A stretch of 64,000 nt of DNA, from assembly GCA_002245135.1 (NCBI GenBank), contig NGBS01001162.1, forward strand, positions 124,001 through 188,000, in the 5' to 3' direction. This document shows, one piece after another, positions 42,508-56,100 of the stretch; the stretch's first letter is position 1; each line of letters starts with the position of its first letter. The notes beneath the pieces are model-generated. The model made no database searches. It was not told the DNA's origin and saw only the letters and a list, made by a program, of their open reading frames with translations. The stretch comes from Proteromonas lacertae (Eukaryota). Position numbers and translations under genes: made by a program.

Positions 42508-43817
42508 TTATATCATTGCCCAAAATGTTTCTTTAACCCTTTTAGTAATTGATTCTTTGTAGGTTTCTTTACAATATCTTCAAAACTTGAATCTGATGTT
42601 GTAAGGGTAGTATCATTTAATTTATTCTTATTCTATATAATTATAAAGTCAATAGGTCAGTAATACAATATTAATCCTTTTCAACACTTCTCTTTTTTCT
42701 CGAATTTCTTGTTGTCTATCTTTAAAAGCATTTTTTATTTGTGTACTCTCATACTTTCCATTACAATTACTATCGTCTTCTTCTCGTCTAAGTATATCAG
42801 CTTCTAAATGAAGTGTGTTTAAATTATTTTCTATTTTTGATCTTCTTTTTTCAAACATTGTTTTTTTCTGTAATATTTTTACTTGTTTTTCTTCTTGTTT
42901 ATCTTTTTTAATCTGTTCTTTTTTCCATTTCAAGATTAATTCTTTTTCTCCTGGTTTTAAAGAAGTATCTTTCTCATCTTCCGACTCTTCATTCTCTTTT
43001 CCTTTATAGTATTTCTTATTCATATTTTGTTTTATGTTTGTATATAGTAATGATAATTGGTCTTTTTGTGATTGTAACATATCTGGCGGAATTGTTATTG
43101 GGTATGAATCATGTGATGATGGTTTATTTGGATCTTTAAGAAAGAATAAAACTCTCTCTAATTCTAGTTTCATATTATCAATATTCTTTGAATTAGTCTT
43201 TAATATAACATACATATCATTAATATTATTCTGTATCTCTAATATATTCTTGTTATTCGTATCTAAATCATTTTGAATTTGCATTACATCAGTTATAGAA
43301 CAGGCACAATCGTTTGGTTTATTAGATAATAATTCATTTATTTGATTTTGTTGTTTTTCTAGTTTTTTATTGATATTTGATTGCTCTATAGTTATTGTGT
43401 TGATTTGACTCTGTATTGATTTTATTGATTCTGATGATACACTTGTTCTGATAGCTTTCTTACAATAAACAATGTCATTACCCATATTTTCTAAACATGA
43501 AGTGGTTGAATTAGCCTAAAAATTATATTTTTTCTGAATACATGGTTTTGAAGTATATCTAGTATTTTTTCATTTTTCTTTTGACTGGATTGTAATGATT
43601 TACAAATTGTGTTAATTTTGTTGTTATTTTCACTTTGTATATTTACAGAATTGATTATATCCATCATCATTTTGAGAATACTGATGAACGCTGACTATTA
43701 ACATAAACATCTAAATAAATACTTTCACATCATCTAAATTATGTAAATTTTCTACTTTTTGTATTTGTTGATCAATTATTTTGTCTAAAAGTACAATATT
43801 GAGAAAGAAATACCCAT
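42508..43817 (-). CDS. Hypothetical coiled-coil protein (4 introns)
   Basis: ATG G|gt at 43817. GT-AG introns extend the 278 aa ORF upstream (MDKIIDQQIQKV...) and downstream (...KETFWAMI*). Rich in Q/K/E/N with heptad-like character. Confidence 0.6.
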
Positions 43818-43934
43818 TACTAAAAAAAGAGTTGTTAGAAATTATTTTTGAAAATTCAAATTTAAAAACAAAAAATCTCATAATATACTCAACATTATTT
43901 GTAAATAACTAATATATATCGTTTTATTGCTTAT

Positions 43935-45386
43935 TTACAACTCATCATAAGGCATATTATTCAGCAATTTGTCAATCCTAAAGAATTCCTTTTCAAGTAT
44001 TTTCCCAATCACTGGTAATGAATAATATTCAATCATATCTTGCCTTGCTCTTTTGCCAAGCATAACTCCTATATCTGGATTATTATACAAATATTTCATT
44101 TTTAACCCAAGTGTAGTTACATTTGGTTCACACCATCTATGATTCTTCCAAGGACCTTCCGTAATCTTAGCTAAATACATACAATCTATCAATAAAGAGT
44201 TATTCTCATTCATAAATGCTGTATTACCACTCCAATTTGTAGCTATTACAGGTAAAGACATACTCATTGCTTCCACATGAGGTCTACCCCAACCTTCTCC
44301 TCTAGATGGCTGAATTAAACAATTCACAGTTTTATAATAACTTAATAATTCATCATCTGATAATTCTGATAATATTTCATATTTTGGTAAATTCTTCTTT
44401 TTATAACCATTTACATCAATCCAATTACTTATTTCATTATTAAAATCTGAAGTTGAATGATATGCATTGGTCAAAATATACAATATTACTTATAAATATT
44501 AAAGATATATATATGTAACAAGTAATTTCTTAAAAGGATATTTTGTCTGTTTTACTAAATGTATTAAAATATGCTTTTAATAACACATCCCATCCTTTTC
44601 TCACTTCCCATTTAAAAACTGAAAAAAACTTATAACTAATCAACATAATTAAATTATAAATATACTCATTGTTATGTAGATTAATTGGTTTTATTACATC
44701 TGCGTTATATAAATCAGTATCAATTCCTTCAGGTATAATTCTTATTTTTTTCTTTTCAACTCCATATTTTTTAAATATTTCATAATGAAACACAGTTGGA
44801 ACCCATAGTTCATCCATTTTATTTAATTTTTTCTCCCATCCATCAGGTAATCTATCAGTTTCGAACATTGTTCTCCCTATTTTATATTTTGATTCTATAA
44901 TTAGAAAATTATTAATATATATCACTATTACTCTGCACAGGACAAGGTGAAGTGTCATATTGGGCTGGAATCCATGCTCCTGGTTCACTGTGACATACCA
45001 TTATTGTGTCTTTTGGATTATTTCTTGTTTTTTCTAATTTGCTTAAGTAATTATAAATCTACAACATTACTAATTATAATAAAATAATACTTCTGTTTTC
45101 ATTGATGCAACATATTGATAGTTATAAGAATCACCATGCTACTATTATAACAAATGGAAATACATACTTGATCAATTTTTAAACTAATGTTTGAATGTTT
45201 TAGAGATAGTGCATAATATGTAGCTTCACTACAATATCCTCCACCACTAAAAAAAGGAGCCATCCACGTAACCTAAAACAATTATCATATATCAAATACC
45301 TTTATTAATTTTCTTCCTTCTATTATACGTATACATAGAATAATTAAAATTATCACATGTTTAAGAAAAAAATATAATTCAAACAT
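43935..45386 (-). CDS. Glycosyltransferase family 4 (GT-B, glycosyl transferase group 1) with N-terminal signal/anchor
   Basis: VTWMAPFFSGGGYCSEA, CHSEPGAW, IGRTMFETDRLPDGW, FSVFKWEVRKGWDVLLKAY, QPSRGEGWGRPHVEAMSMSLPVIATNWSG (EX7E). Ends in YDEL. Confidence 0.88.
44490..44541 (-). other. U12-type intron with AT-AA termini in the GT4 gene
   Basis: Consensus U12 donor ATATCCTTT, branch-like TCTTTAAT 8 nt before ...TATAA|GTA. Removal gives SKTDK|VILYILTNAYH in frame. Confidence 0.85.
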
Positions 45387-45423
45387 GTTTGTGATTGTTG
45401 TTTAAATCTTCAATTTTCTCTCG

Positions 45424-46706
45424 ATGCAGCAAGTATAATTGTTATAAATAAATTTAAATATAAAATACAAATTATTTATTAATAGATAAACTTTAACTTA
45501 ACAGAATCTGTAAAAGTATAAGTAAATTTCAATATATGCTTATTTTGAATAGTCGATATTGAATGATATAATATCAGAAGCGAATTTATTATACGTTTCG
45601 CATGTTGTTGATATAAATCTACAGAAAAAGCCAGTAGAGAGATTGACTGATATGGATATAAAGCAAGCATATCATGTATTGATATTGTATATGATAGTTA
45701 ATATAGATTTTAAACAAAATTTCAAGGATAGCTGATGATAAACATAAAGATGATGTTTTGAAATTAAACCTACTCTATAATAGCTTTATTCCATCTTATA
45801 AAGAAAAGCAGAAATTACAGGAGCGACAAATTTTAACTCCACAGGATTTAAAAGTGAGATTAACATTTTTGTATGTAATATCAGAAATGAGAATTCAAAA
45901 ATTGTTACTGAATAAATGTTTAAAAGATGAAAGAAAAATATCAAAAGAAGAGAAGTACTATGAAATATTAGGTTGTAATATTGAAGAAATACCAAAGGAT
46001 GGAGAAGACTATAAAAGAATTGATAAATACATAACTCAAAACTCAGGTAAAACATATGACACAAAAATCACTTTACAAAAATGTTATTTGGTAGATAATC
46101 CAGAATTAGTATTTCTATATTTCTATATTTAATATTATTATAGAGTAAGAAATTCAAAAAAGAGATAGGAAATATAACTTTGTTATCATATGGATCACAT
46201 ATTACAACATATGCTTCAATATTGAAATATGGCTTAAAAGTTCCATCTAAAGATGCACCAATTGGTTCATTTTATATGCACGGTAAAGGAATAGAATTAT
46301 CAGATTGTATATCTAAAAGTGGAGGCTTTACTTATGCACAATATTCACAGAATCAAGCAATTATTTTACTGTGTGAAGTTGCGTTAGGTAAAAGGAATGA
46401 TATTTATATTCCTGATTTCTATGGGGATCAATTACCTGATGGATATAATTGCAGCGTTGGGATGGGATTATATCAACCACAAGGTGTTGAAACATATCAT
46501 AGTGAAGATAATGAGTATGAAGTGAAAGTACCTGTTGGACCATTTGTGGAACAACCTAATTTTAATGGATTTTTGAAATATAATGAAATGATAATGTATT
46601 TATTGTCATTCATAGATATATTTATTATAGATTCGATGCAAATCAAGTTAAATTTAAATATTTGCTAAAAGTAAAGATTGAAAAGAAAAGAATTAACAGT
46701 AATTAG
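45424..46706 (+). CDS. Short PARP-like protein (regulatory + catalytic domain only) with a degenerate NAD-binding signature
   Basis: Five GT-AG introns. INLQKKPVERLTDMDIKQAYHVL (PARP_reg), LLSYGSHITTYASILKYGLKV, YMHGKGIELSDCISKS, ILLCEVALG, LKYNEMIIFDANQVKFKYLLKV. Confidence 0.85.
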
Positions 46707-47139
46707 TATTCAACAGCATTTTGTAAAATTGGGTTTTGTGTTTTTTGGTAATTGTGTTTTATCATTTTTGATTGAAATATGATGATGATTGTCGTTTTGT
46801 TTATTGCTTCTTGCATACTTGCTCTGTTTATTAAGAAGTAATTATATTATAATGTTTGTTTGGAGATATATCTTGAGGGTTTATGGGATTAGTCAATCTA
46901 TTTTACTTTGGACTTACTTAAATGAAGGATGAGGCAATTATTCATTAGTGTTGTGGGTGTGGGTATGGGATGATCTAAGGAATATATGTAGTAAAGAAAT
47001 TGATTATAGAATATTATAGTAAAAAATGAAAATATAACAGTTATTATGCTATTATTTGTTTAATTCATTTCTATTTCAATGCAACAACAAAGCAATTCAA
47101 CAATACAGTTATAAAAGCTTGATTCAACGCTTGAGCAGA

Positions 47140-50100
47140 ATGAATCAGTTTTGTATTTTTTTCACATTCACATTATTTATTTTTCCTATTTATTCTAGTA
47201 ATGTATGTCATTTACCAAATTATATAGTGCAAACTGCTCAAAATTATTCAAAATATCTTCAATTACCATATAATGTGGTATGTGACGATAGTAGATTGAA
47301 CATATCAGATCGTTTTGTTATTAGTTATAATGAAGATGTTAATTATGAAAAATTAAGTCCAAATATAAGCTATTTCATAGTTACTAAATCGCTAATGTTT
47401 AATTGTAGTGAGAATATATTCCATGTTCACATGAAGCTTAGATCAATTTCAAAAGTTGTAGAGTATTTTATTCGCAATGGTTATAAAAAAGTAATTCTAC
47501 TGTCAGATAGTAAGAATGAAGTAGAAATTAAAAATATTGTGGATATATTTACATATTATGGAGGTAACGTAGATTTAATAGACGATAAATTCAATGAATC
47601 TAGGTTAAATGACACGCTAAGTAGTTGTACATCTTATAAAGATGTTATAATATTTAATTTCTTTATGGATGCTAGAAATCTATCTAAGTCATTATTATAT
47701 TATCAGCAATATAAAAGTCTCTATCCTGTCTATTTTGTAACATTTTATGTTGATGAATTATATATATTCGTTGATCCTGAGTTAGTTAATGACACACATA
47801 TACTATCAGGATATCTTCATCATTATGATAATGATGAAAAAAGATCATTTTTAGAGAAATTTGATCTGGATAGTATAAAAGACTTTGATGATTTATTATT
47901 TCAAGTGTATTTATTCATTTTTCTTATTTTTACTAGGATAATTGTATTAGAATTCCTGAAATTTATTCCACAATCATTTCCAAAGGATAATCCATTTTTA
48001 ATAAGAAGACAATTAATTGATAAATCAATCAAAATTGCAGGTCAAACCATTTATTTTTCTCCATGCAATTCATTCATAAGGAATATTTATCTTGGTGATG
48101 TAAATTCAACAGGACAAATGACTAATGTTGTAGAATTTCAAACGAATGTGCCAAATTATAGAGATTTATTAGATTTAAGAGAAAGATGTCCATATATAGA
48201 AGAAGCACATTCAATTACTTTTGGCTTTTTATCTACACTAACAGATGTGCTTCATTATAATTTTTTGGTCGGAATTAATGCAGCGATTGATGATATAAAT
48301 AGATATGAATCTTCGATGAAAAGTCATATTATTTTAAGATTACCTCCAAGTATAGATGCAGATATTAATGAAGCATATAATTATCTTAAATCATTTAATC
48401 CAGTTATTTTGTTTTATTTTATTGATAATGATAATACTACTGATATAATGAGATGTATATATATATATATATATTTAATTTCTATTAATATTTTAAATAG
48501 TAATAAATGATGATGAAGATTCTCCTCTATTTTTTACTTATGGTTTCTTTTCTGGTAAAATATGTAATCCTAAATTCTTTTATGTATATTTATTTTCTAT
48601 TTTTTTATTTAATATTAGTTGGGATTATCACAAGATGTTAGATTCAGGTATATACAATATCTAAGTAATTCAGATTCAATATTTACAGTTACTACTACAA
48701 CAAAGTATATTAATATAAATTATTTTTTTTCTATATTTTATTATTCTGATTAATAGATATGGTAAAGCAATGACTAAAATTGCACATGATAATATCTATG
48801 TAAAAGAAAATATTAACATTATTCAATATACATGCGATTCTGCTTTTAGACTTGATGTTCAATCAATGTTCAATTTTATGAGTACATTTTTAAAACCAGA
48901 AACTGTAATTTATATTATAATTGAATCATGTAATTTTCAAAATTTGGTTTTAGAATTTCTACCACAATATATAACGACGAATAATAAAGTGAATTTCATT
49001 AATTTTAATCCTGATTGTGGAATATATAAATCATATGGCGTATATATATATATATATATATATATATTATGTTTTTCTATATATATTTATAATAGTGGGG
49101 AAATTATTATTTATCTGATCCATTTATTGATATCTCAAAGACAACTACATTATATAAAATCAATAAACTAATCCTTCCAAATGGTGGTATTTCATCAACT
49201 CTATATACTGGTTATTATGGTGTTTATATATATTACAATGCATTAATGTCAGCAGGAGTATCTGATTTATCAACCTTATTACCAATAATAAGTGAGACAA
49301 AAATAAAATATGATAATCATGAATTATTCATTTCTGATGATCATTATTTCTCTTCATGTTTACAGTATGGAAAAATAGATGAAAATGGTGAGGTGGAATT
49401 ACTAGACAAATCTCCTTTTTCATATGTTTCACATGCTTATTATCAAATGCAAAATATGGATTATATTAAAACATGCAATTGGAATATAAATAATAAAAAT
49501 GATGAATATACTTCATCTTTAACTAATTTTGGAATTTTAATTGTTGATAATAACTATTTTCTTGCAGATTTTGCTCAAGCATTTATCAATGAGATTGCAG
49601 TTACAAAAACCTATGATTCTCTTGTTTTTAATGTTCATTATTATAATAATATGAATACATCATTAGAAAATTTTTTACCAATGATAAAGTACTTTCATGA
49701 TACAAGAAAAATAAGATGTGTAATTCTAAATGAAGAGTTTAATCCTATAGATTTTGGTACTTCTGATCTTTCATTCATTATTATTTCTTCTTATGATGAA
49801 AATCTATGTGATGATAGAGTATTCTATTTTGGCTATTCCAGAAATGAAATTTTGAGAAGTTCAATCGCAAGTGCATTTGAAAATCAGATTGACAATTTCC
49901 TTTATATTACAAAAATCTCATCTGGTGAAGTTGATGCAACTGATCAATATTTTAGACATTTATTAAATGGTTTGTATTATTATGATATAAATTATACTGT
50001 CATATATTATACTGAATCAGAAAAGATCAAAGATTATATTACTAATGCAATAAAACCTACATTTATGTTTATTGGATTAACAGTTGAAGAAGATTTCCTA

Positions 50101-53100
50101 TTAACAAAATATTTAATAGAAGAAGTTGATTATGATTCAAATTTAATATCAATTGTTCATTCGAATAATCTGTATGTGTATTATAAAGAAAATTTGCCTA
50201 TAAAGAATCATTTTTTCCCAATTCATCAAATTCAGTTACATCAATCAGATATTGGATCAATAATAGAACCGTATATTAAAACAGTCCCAATTGATTTTTA
50301 TGCATTATATATTTCATTGTATTATATTTTAAATACTGTTTCTGACTCACATTATGAATATTCTTCTGATTATATTAGACAATTATCAAAAGCAAATTAT
50401 AGAATAATTGAAAATGGAGTTGGATCATACATATCAAATCACCAATTTAATTCACCTTTTTCATTTGCTAAAGTAATTAGTAAAGATAATATTTTCTTTA
50501 CTTATTTCCCATCAGAATATGTACCAAGCACATTTACTCTTAAAAGTTATGATATAGTGGGAAATAATCAACTTCAGAAATGTGATTTAGATTCAGGATT
50601 AACATATATAAATGTTACTGTTGTATATTTAGGAATAATTAGATCATCAAGTGATTTATCTCAAGGATTTTCACAAACAATGAGATTAGTAATTGATATA
50701 TACATTGATTCATTTCAAAGTAAAACAAAGAATTTGTATTTCAAACAAATAATTGAAGATGTTGATAAGACTACTGATCCAGAAACCGTATTAAAGAAGT
50801 TTCATGATTTACACATAACAAATGTATTTGGGTTATTTTATTACAGTTTATTGCAGAAATATATTCCTTATCTAAATAAATACAATATGATTGCATGGTA
50901 TACAAGTGGAATACCAGGCCCAAGTTTTTCTAATGATTATGTTGTTTCATTTTATATTCCTCTTACTTATGTTAGTTTAATTGAGAAAGAATCAGATTAT
51001 GCACTTCTTATATATTCAGATAGATTATATTTCAATGAATACATTGATGAAATTCTAAATTCGTTATATGATTATAAAAAAGTGAAAGTATTACCTTATA
51101 AATCAAATCGATCTGATATTAAATACGTTGATCATTTTATAGATGAAGTGATATTAGAGATGTTGGAGAATGAAAATGATATATATTTATTTCTAAGAGC
51201 TGATGATTTTAATGAAATAATACCACAGTTAGTAAGGACATTTAAAGCATCAGAATCATTAGAAAAATGGTCAATAACATCATTTATTGATTTTCCAATA
51301 TTAAAACAAGATGATGAAGAGTTTAATGGTATTAAATTCTTAACTGCTGTAGATTTTGCTCACCAAACAAATATAAATAATAATATAATAAATATATTTA
51401 AATCATATAATCTGAATAGTATTAGTCCAACAGATGTTGAACAGTATATGTATATTGCTTTATCAGCCTATGTAGCATTAGTTCAAAAAACAGACTATAA
51501 TAACGTATCATTAATTCAAGAAATGATAAGAAAGAAGAATGAATTTAATGACACTTCAGTTTTTGAATTTGCGCTAGTTGAACCATCTTTAATAAAGAGA
51601 ATAAATAAATATGAATATAAAACATTGCTCTATTTTAGTTGTGTGCCAAATTTATTAGAGAATAAAGATACAATGCAGCATTATCAATGTCCTAATGATC
51701 ATACGGTTATAGATTACAAATTAAATTATACAATAGCTGTTATATATGATAGAAAAATAAAATCAGATTATTTTATCATCACTATCGCACATATATTTCA
51801 ATCAATTGCAGGTTCATATATTAATGACAGGTTTATATCAGTAATGGAGATTAACTCTGATGAAGATGATTTGTATTTATCAGAAATTGAAAACAAAATT
51901 GACATTATTGAATTAATAATATGTGCTACTGGGAGTAGAATAAGAGATAAAATCGATGAAAAAATACTTAGAGTATACAAGAAAGTAATGTATTATATAT
52001 ATGATGATAAAGGATGCAATTGTTCTCCTTATATCTTTTATTTTGGTATGTCAACTCAAGGAAAAGTAAGAAGTGAAATTAATTATATCTCTGAGAATTG
52101 TAAAGCCATAACAATGATTTATGATAATTCAAAACATTCAGAAGAAGAGCTTGAATCATTCAAGGAAGAATTGAAATATTATAATATTCAATATGGAAAT
52201 ATATATAAAGTTCTTGATGAAGATTCTGATTTTACTGATTTTATTAGGATAGTGACATATAGTATATCAATTAATGAATGCATTTTAAATTTTCTGGATG
52301 ATTATAACACCGAAAATATAATTAAAGTATTCAATAATTATTCTTCATTAACATCTGATATGAAATTAATAAGTCTTAGTTTGAAGTTTAATGCATTTAA
52401 ATTTCCATCATCTAATGTAGATCATATAATTATTAATTATTTCAATCCCATTAATCCGTTGCCTATTTATAACAATATATTAGAATCTATAGAGAATCTG
52501 TATGGTATAAAATTACAGTTACAACAATATATTTATAATACAGTAAATGCAGTTAGTTTCTGGAAATTAATAATGAAGAAAACCAAAAGTAAGTTTCATT
52601 CAACCAATGGTTTTCTATTGGCTCACTACAAACAAATATTTAATAATGGAAAATATGATTTTAAAATACAAGAAAACCATCATATGTCTCATTCAAGACA
52701 TGTTATATATCAAAAATATAAGGATAATAAGCCAAAAGTAATATTTGAAAGTGTTGGTACTTATGAAACATATGTTTATTCTATTGATGATTCTAAAATG
52801 TGTTTATTAATTGATGATGTATTTAATGAATATTATACACCTAAAAGACTTGTTACAATTGGTTTTGTAATTCCATCTAGTACTAATAGTTACCAAAATA
52901 TATATCCAAATATTGTGACTGGTTTAGTTTCATATTTTGTTATGACAGAAAAAATCTACAAATTAATTGGAAGAGAAGATGTAAGATTTAAATATGTGAT
53001 ATATAGAGTAAATGATGATAATGAAAATGAATGTATAAAAGCAATTCAAAATTCTATAGATGAAGAAGTTGATTTTATTGTTGCACCAGTTATTTCTTCT

Positions 53101-56100
53101 TGTGTAGAATCAATGGTAAACTATTTGAATAAATCTTCAATAATTATATTTGCAACAGATTACTTAATGGGTACTACATGTAACAGTAAATTTGTCTACA
53201 CATCCAAAGTTCCAAATCAAATCATTAATCCAACTTTTGGTTATTTTACAGAATTTCTTGCTTCTACTAAATACTGTCATTTGATATATAATCATAACAA
53301 AGTATCAAGAGAAATTTTAGATGAAATTATTGCTTATTCAATTTCTCAACAAGGAAATGGTTATAGTGTGTATAAGTTTACAAAAGTATCCGCAGAAACA
53401 TATTCGATATTATTAAATATTTTTAAGCATCCAGGTCTTATAATGACATTTCTTGATTCAGTTGATTTGGGTTATTTTTTATCTGAATTAAGTCATTATA
53501 GTTTGGATAAAAATAAATGGAAGATTTTCTCTCTTCTTGTCAATCATGAATCATTAATATATAATATTCCATCAAAATATTTAGATAATGTTTATATTTC
53601 ATCATTAGTAGTTGATGAATCAAAATCGAAACCAATTCTAGATTATTATTTCTTAACAGATCATCAACCTATTTATTCCGGTTCTACAGAAGTTGCATTT
53701 GAATTTATATATGAGATGATTATCCATAATGAAACATTAAAAGATTTATATGGTAAAGTATTCCACAATGAGATAGTTGGTGATTTTCAATTAGATGAAT
53801 CAAATAGTATAAGGTATCCTCTATTATTGGCATATTATAATAACGGTGTCAGAGAAATTGTATTTCCATCTTCCTATCTATTCAAGCCAAATCCTCTTTT
53901 ATTCTCATTGAAACAAGAACAATGTGACTTTTCAATATCCAATGAAATTACTCCAGTGAAAATACAAAAAGTTCATTTAGGATTGGTTTATCAAAAACAA
54001 TCTGATTTGATAATATCATCATTACTTGCTCAAGTATTGAATTTTATGGCATTTAGTATATATATATATATATTGTTATTTATTTCTTATAATAGACATA
54101 AAACAAGGAGTTCAATATTTTGCTGGTATTGTATATTTAACAACAGATATAGAAATTAGAGACTTTATACAACAATATATAGATGATGATTCATTAAATC
54201 CATGTATTCTATTAACACATCCTCAGTTTAAAACAGAAATATTAGATTTAATAAGAAAGACTGATAAAATGTTTTATATTACCAACTTTAGAAATGAATA
54301 TTGTTTAAAGAACTTGATAGCAACAGAAGCTAATACATTGTTTTCACTTAACAAAGTGATTCAATTGATACCTTATGCAATATATGAAGTTGACTATTAT
54401 TTATTCTATGATGCTAAATTGAAAGATTTATATGATCAAATAAATGCTCTTTTAGCTGAAAATGGTTATAAAGCAATATTTTCAAGATCAATAGAAGATT
54501 ATGATGAAGATGTATTATTAGATAATTTGGAATTCAGTGATAGAAGTGCTGTTGTATTCTGTGATTCAAGTGATGAAATTTGTGAGATGATTAATAACTT
54601 AATGCAGTCTGAGCTTGGAGATGGAGTTGTATTTTTCATACAATGGTTTTACGAATCTCCTACTTATGTTGATTCATTATACCATCTTATGTATGGTTCA
54701 GCTTATCCATCTGATACAGAATTTACAAGTTATACAACTTTGAAGTATTATACTGAAAAGAATAATAAATCCTCACTGTTTGATTATTATTCATTGAATA
54801 AAATATATGATTTATTGAAGGTAATATATATGTGGATGGAAATCGAAAAATTAGATGATTCAAAAGAATTTTCAGAACTTTATTTAAAGGAAATAGAAAC
54901 TGAAGTTGGTCCAATCAAATTAAATCCAAACAATCGAATAAGTTCTCATATGATATTATATTTTCACTACATTGATATGTTGTTAGAATTCAAATTATCT
55001 AATTTTGTAGAATTGAGACAATTCGATAAAGATTTTGCAGAAAAAGATACTGCTCTTCATTGCAACTGGAAAGATGGAAATGGTTTGAAAGAAAAAAAGA
55101 AAATGGTGGTAGCAATAATACATGAAAAGAAGTATTATGAATCAAAAACTTCATCTCTATATGTAATGTTAAGAGTTTTAAAAGAATCTCAATATTACGA
55201 AGAAGGATTGTTTGAAAAATACAGTATAGAAGCATCAATAAAATTCTGTATGAAATGGAAACCAAATTGTATGCAGAATATTTTGGATGAGTTATTTAGT
55301 AAGGATTTTTTAATAGCAATATTTGATTTTACTACAAATTCTCTTGAAGATTATCAAGAAATGATTGATTCAAAGAATGTATTATATTTTGATTTAGGTT
55401 ATTTGATAAACTCCTATTGTTCAGATAGAATATTTGAAATTGGTTTAAGTGTTGTTTCACTTGTTAGATATACCCTGTTAGATTGTATTGAAACAATAAA
55501 AATAGCAATTATAATCCATAGTAAAGATGAATTTGGATATTCATATATTAACGCATTTGAAGAAGAAACTAAAGGATTTATGATTAAAATGATTCCTATG
55601 GCTGTTTCAGATTTGTTTGATATAATAGAACTATTTCCAATATGCTTGAAAATACCTAATCAGTGTGTAATTATTTCAACAGCTTACATAGAAAATCTAT
55701 CTCTATTATTTTTATTGCTATCTGCTAGTAAAATAAGTCTTGAGAATGATATATTGTTTTATTATTACTTTTATTCAGATACAATTAATCAAGATTTTAG
55801 TAATAGTTTTACAGGAGCAAAATATATTTCCAGTTTTAATCCATCAGTCAATTTTTATGATTATAAAGGAAATGATCCAATGATATATGATTTTAAAGAA
55901 TATATAAAAGAATCATTCTGTGGTGTAGTTGAAGCAACTCCATCACTTGAAGGTGTGATAGTTGGATATGAAATTCTAAAGAAACTGTTATTATCATCTG
56001 AAGATGTTAATTTTGATTTAGTATTATCAAAAGCACATAATTTGTATTTTGATACACCAGCTGGTCCTGTATATTTTGGTACTAGTAGTTTCTTAATGAT

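Noticed and set aside
46707..47139. Intergenic region with a GT-rich patch as a possible ncRNA or element
   Set aside because: No recognisable tRNA, snRNA, terminal repeat or ORF; cannot be supported.
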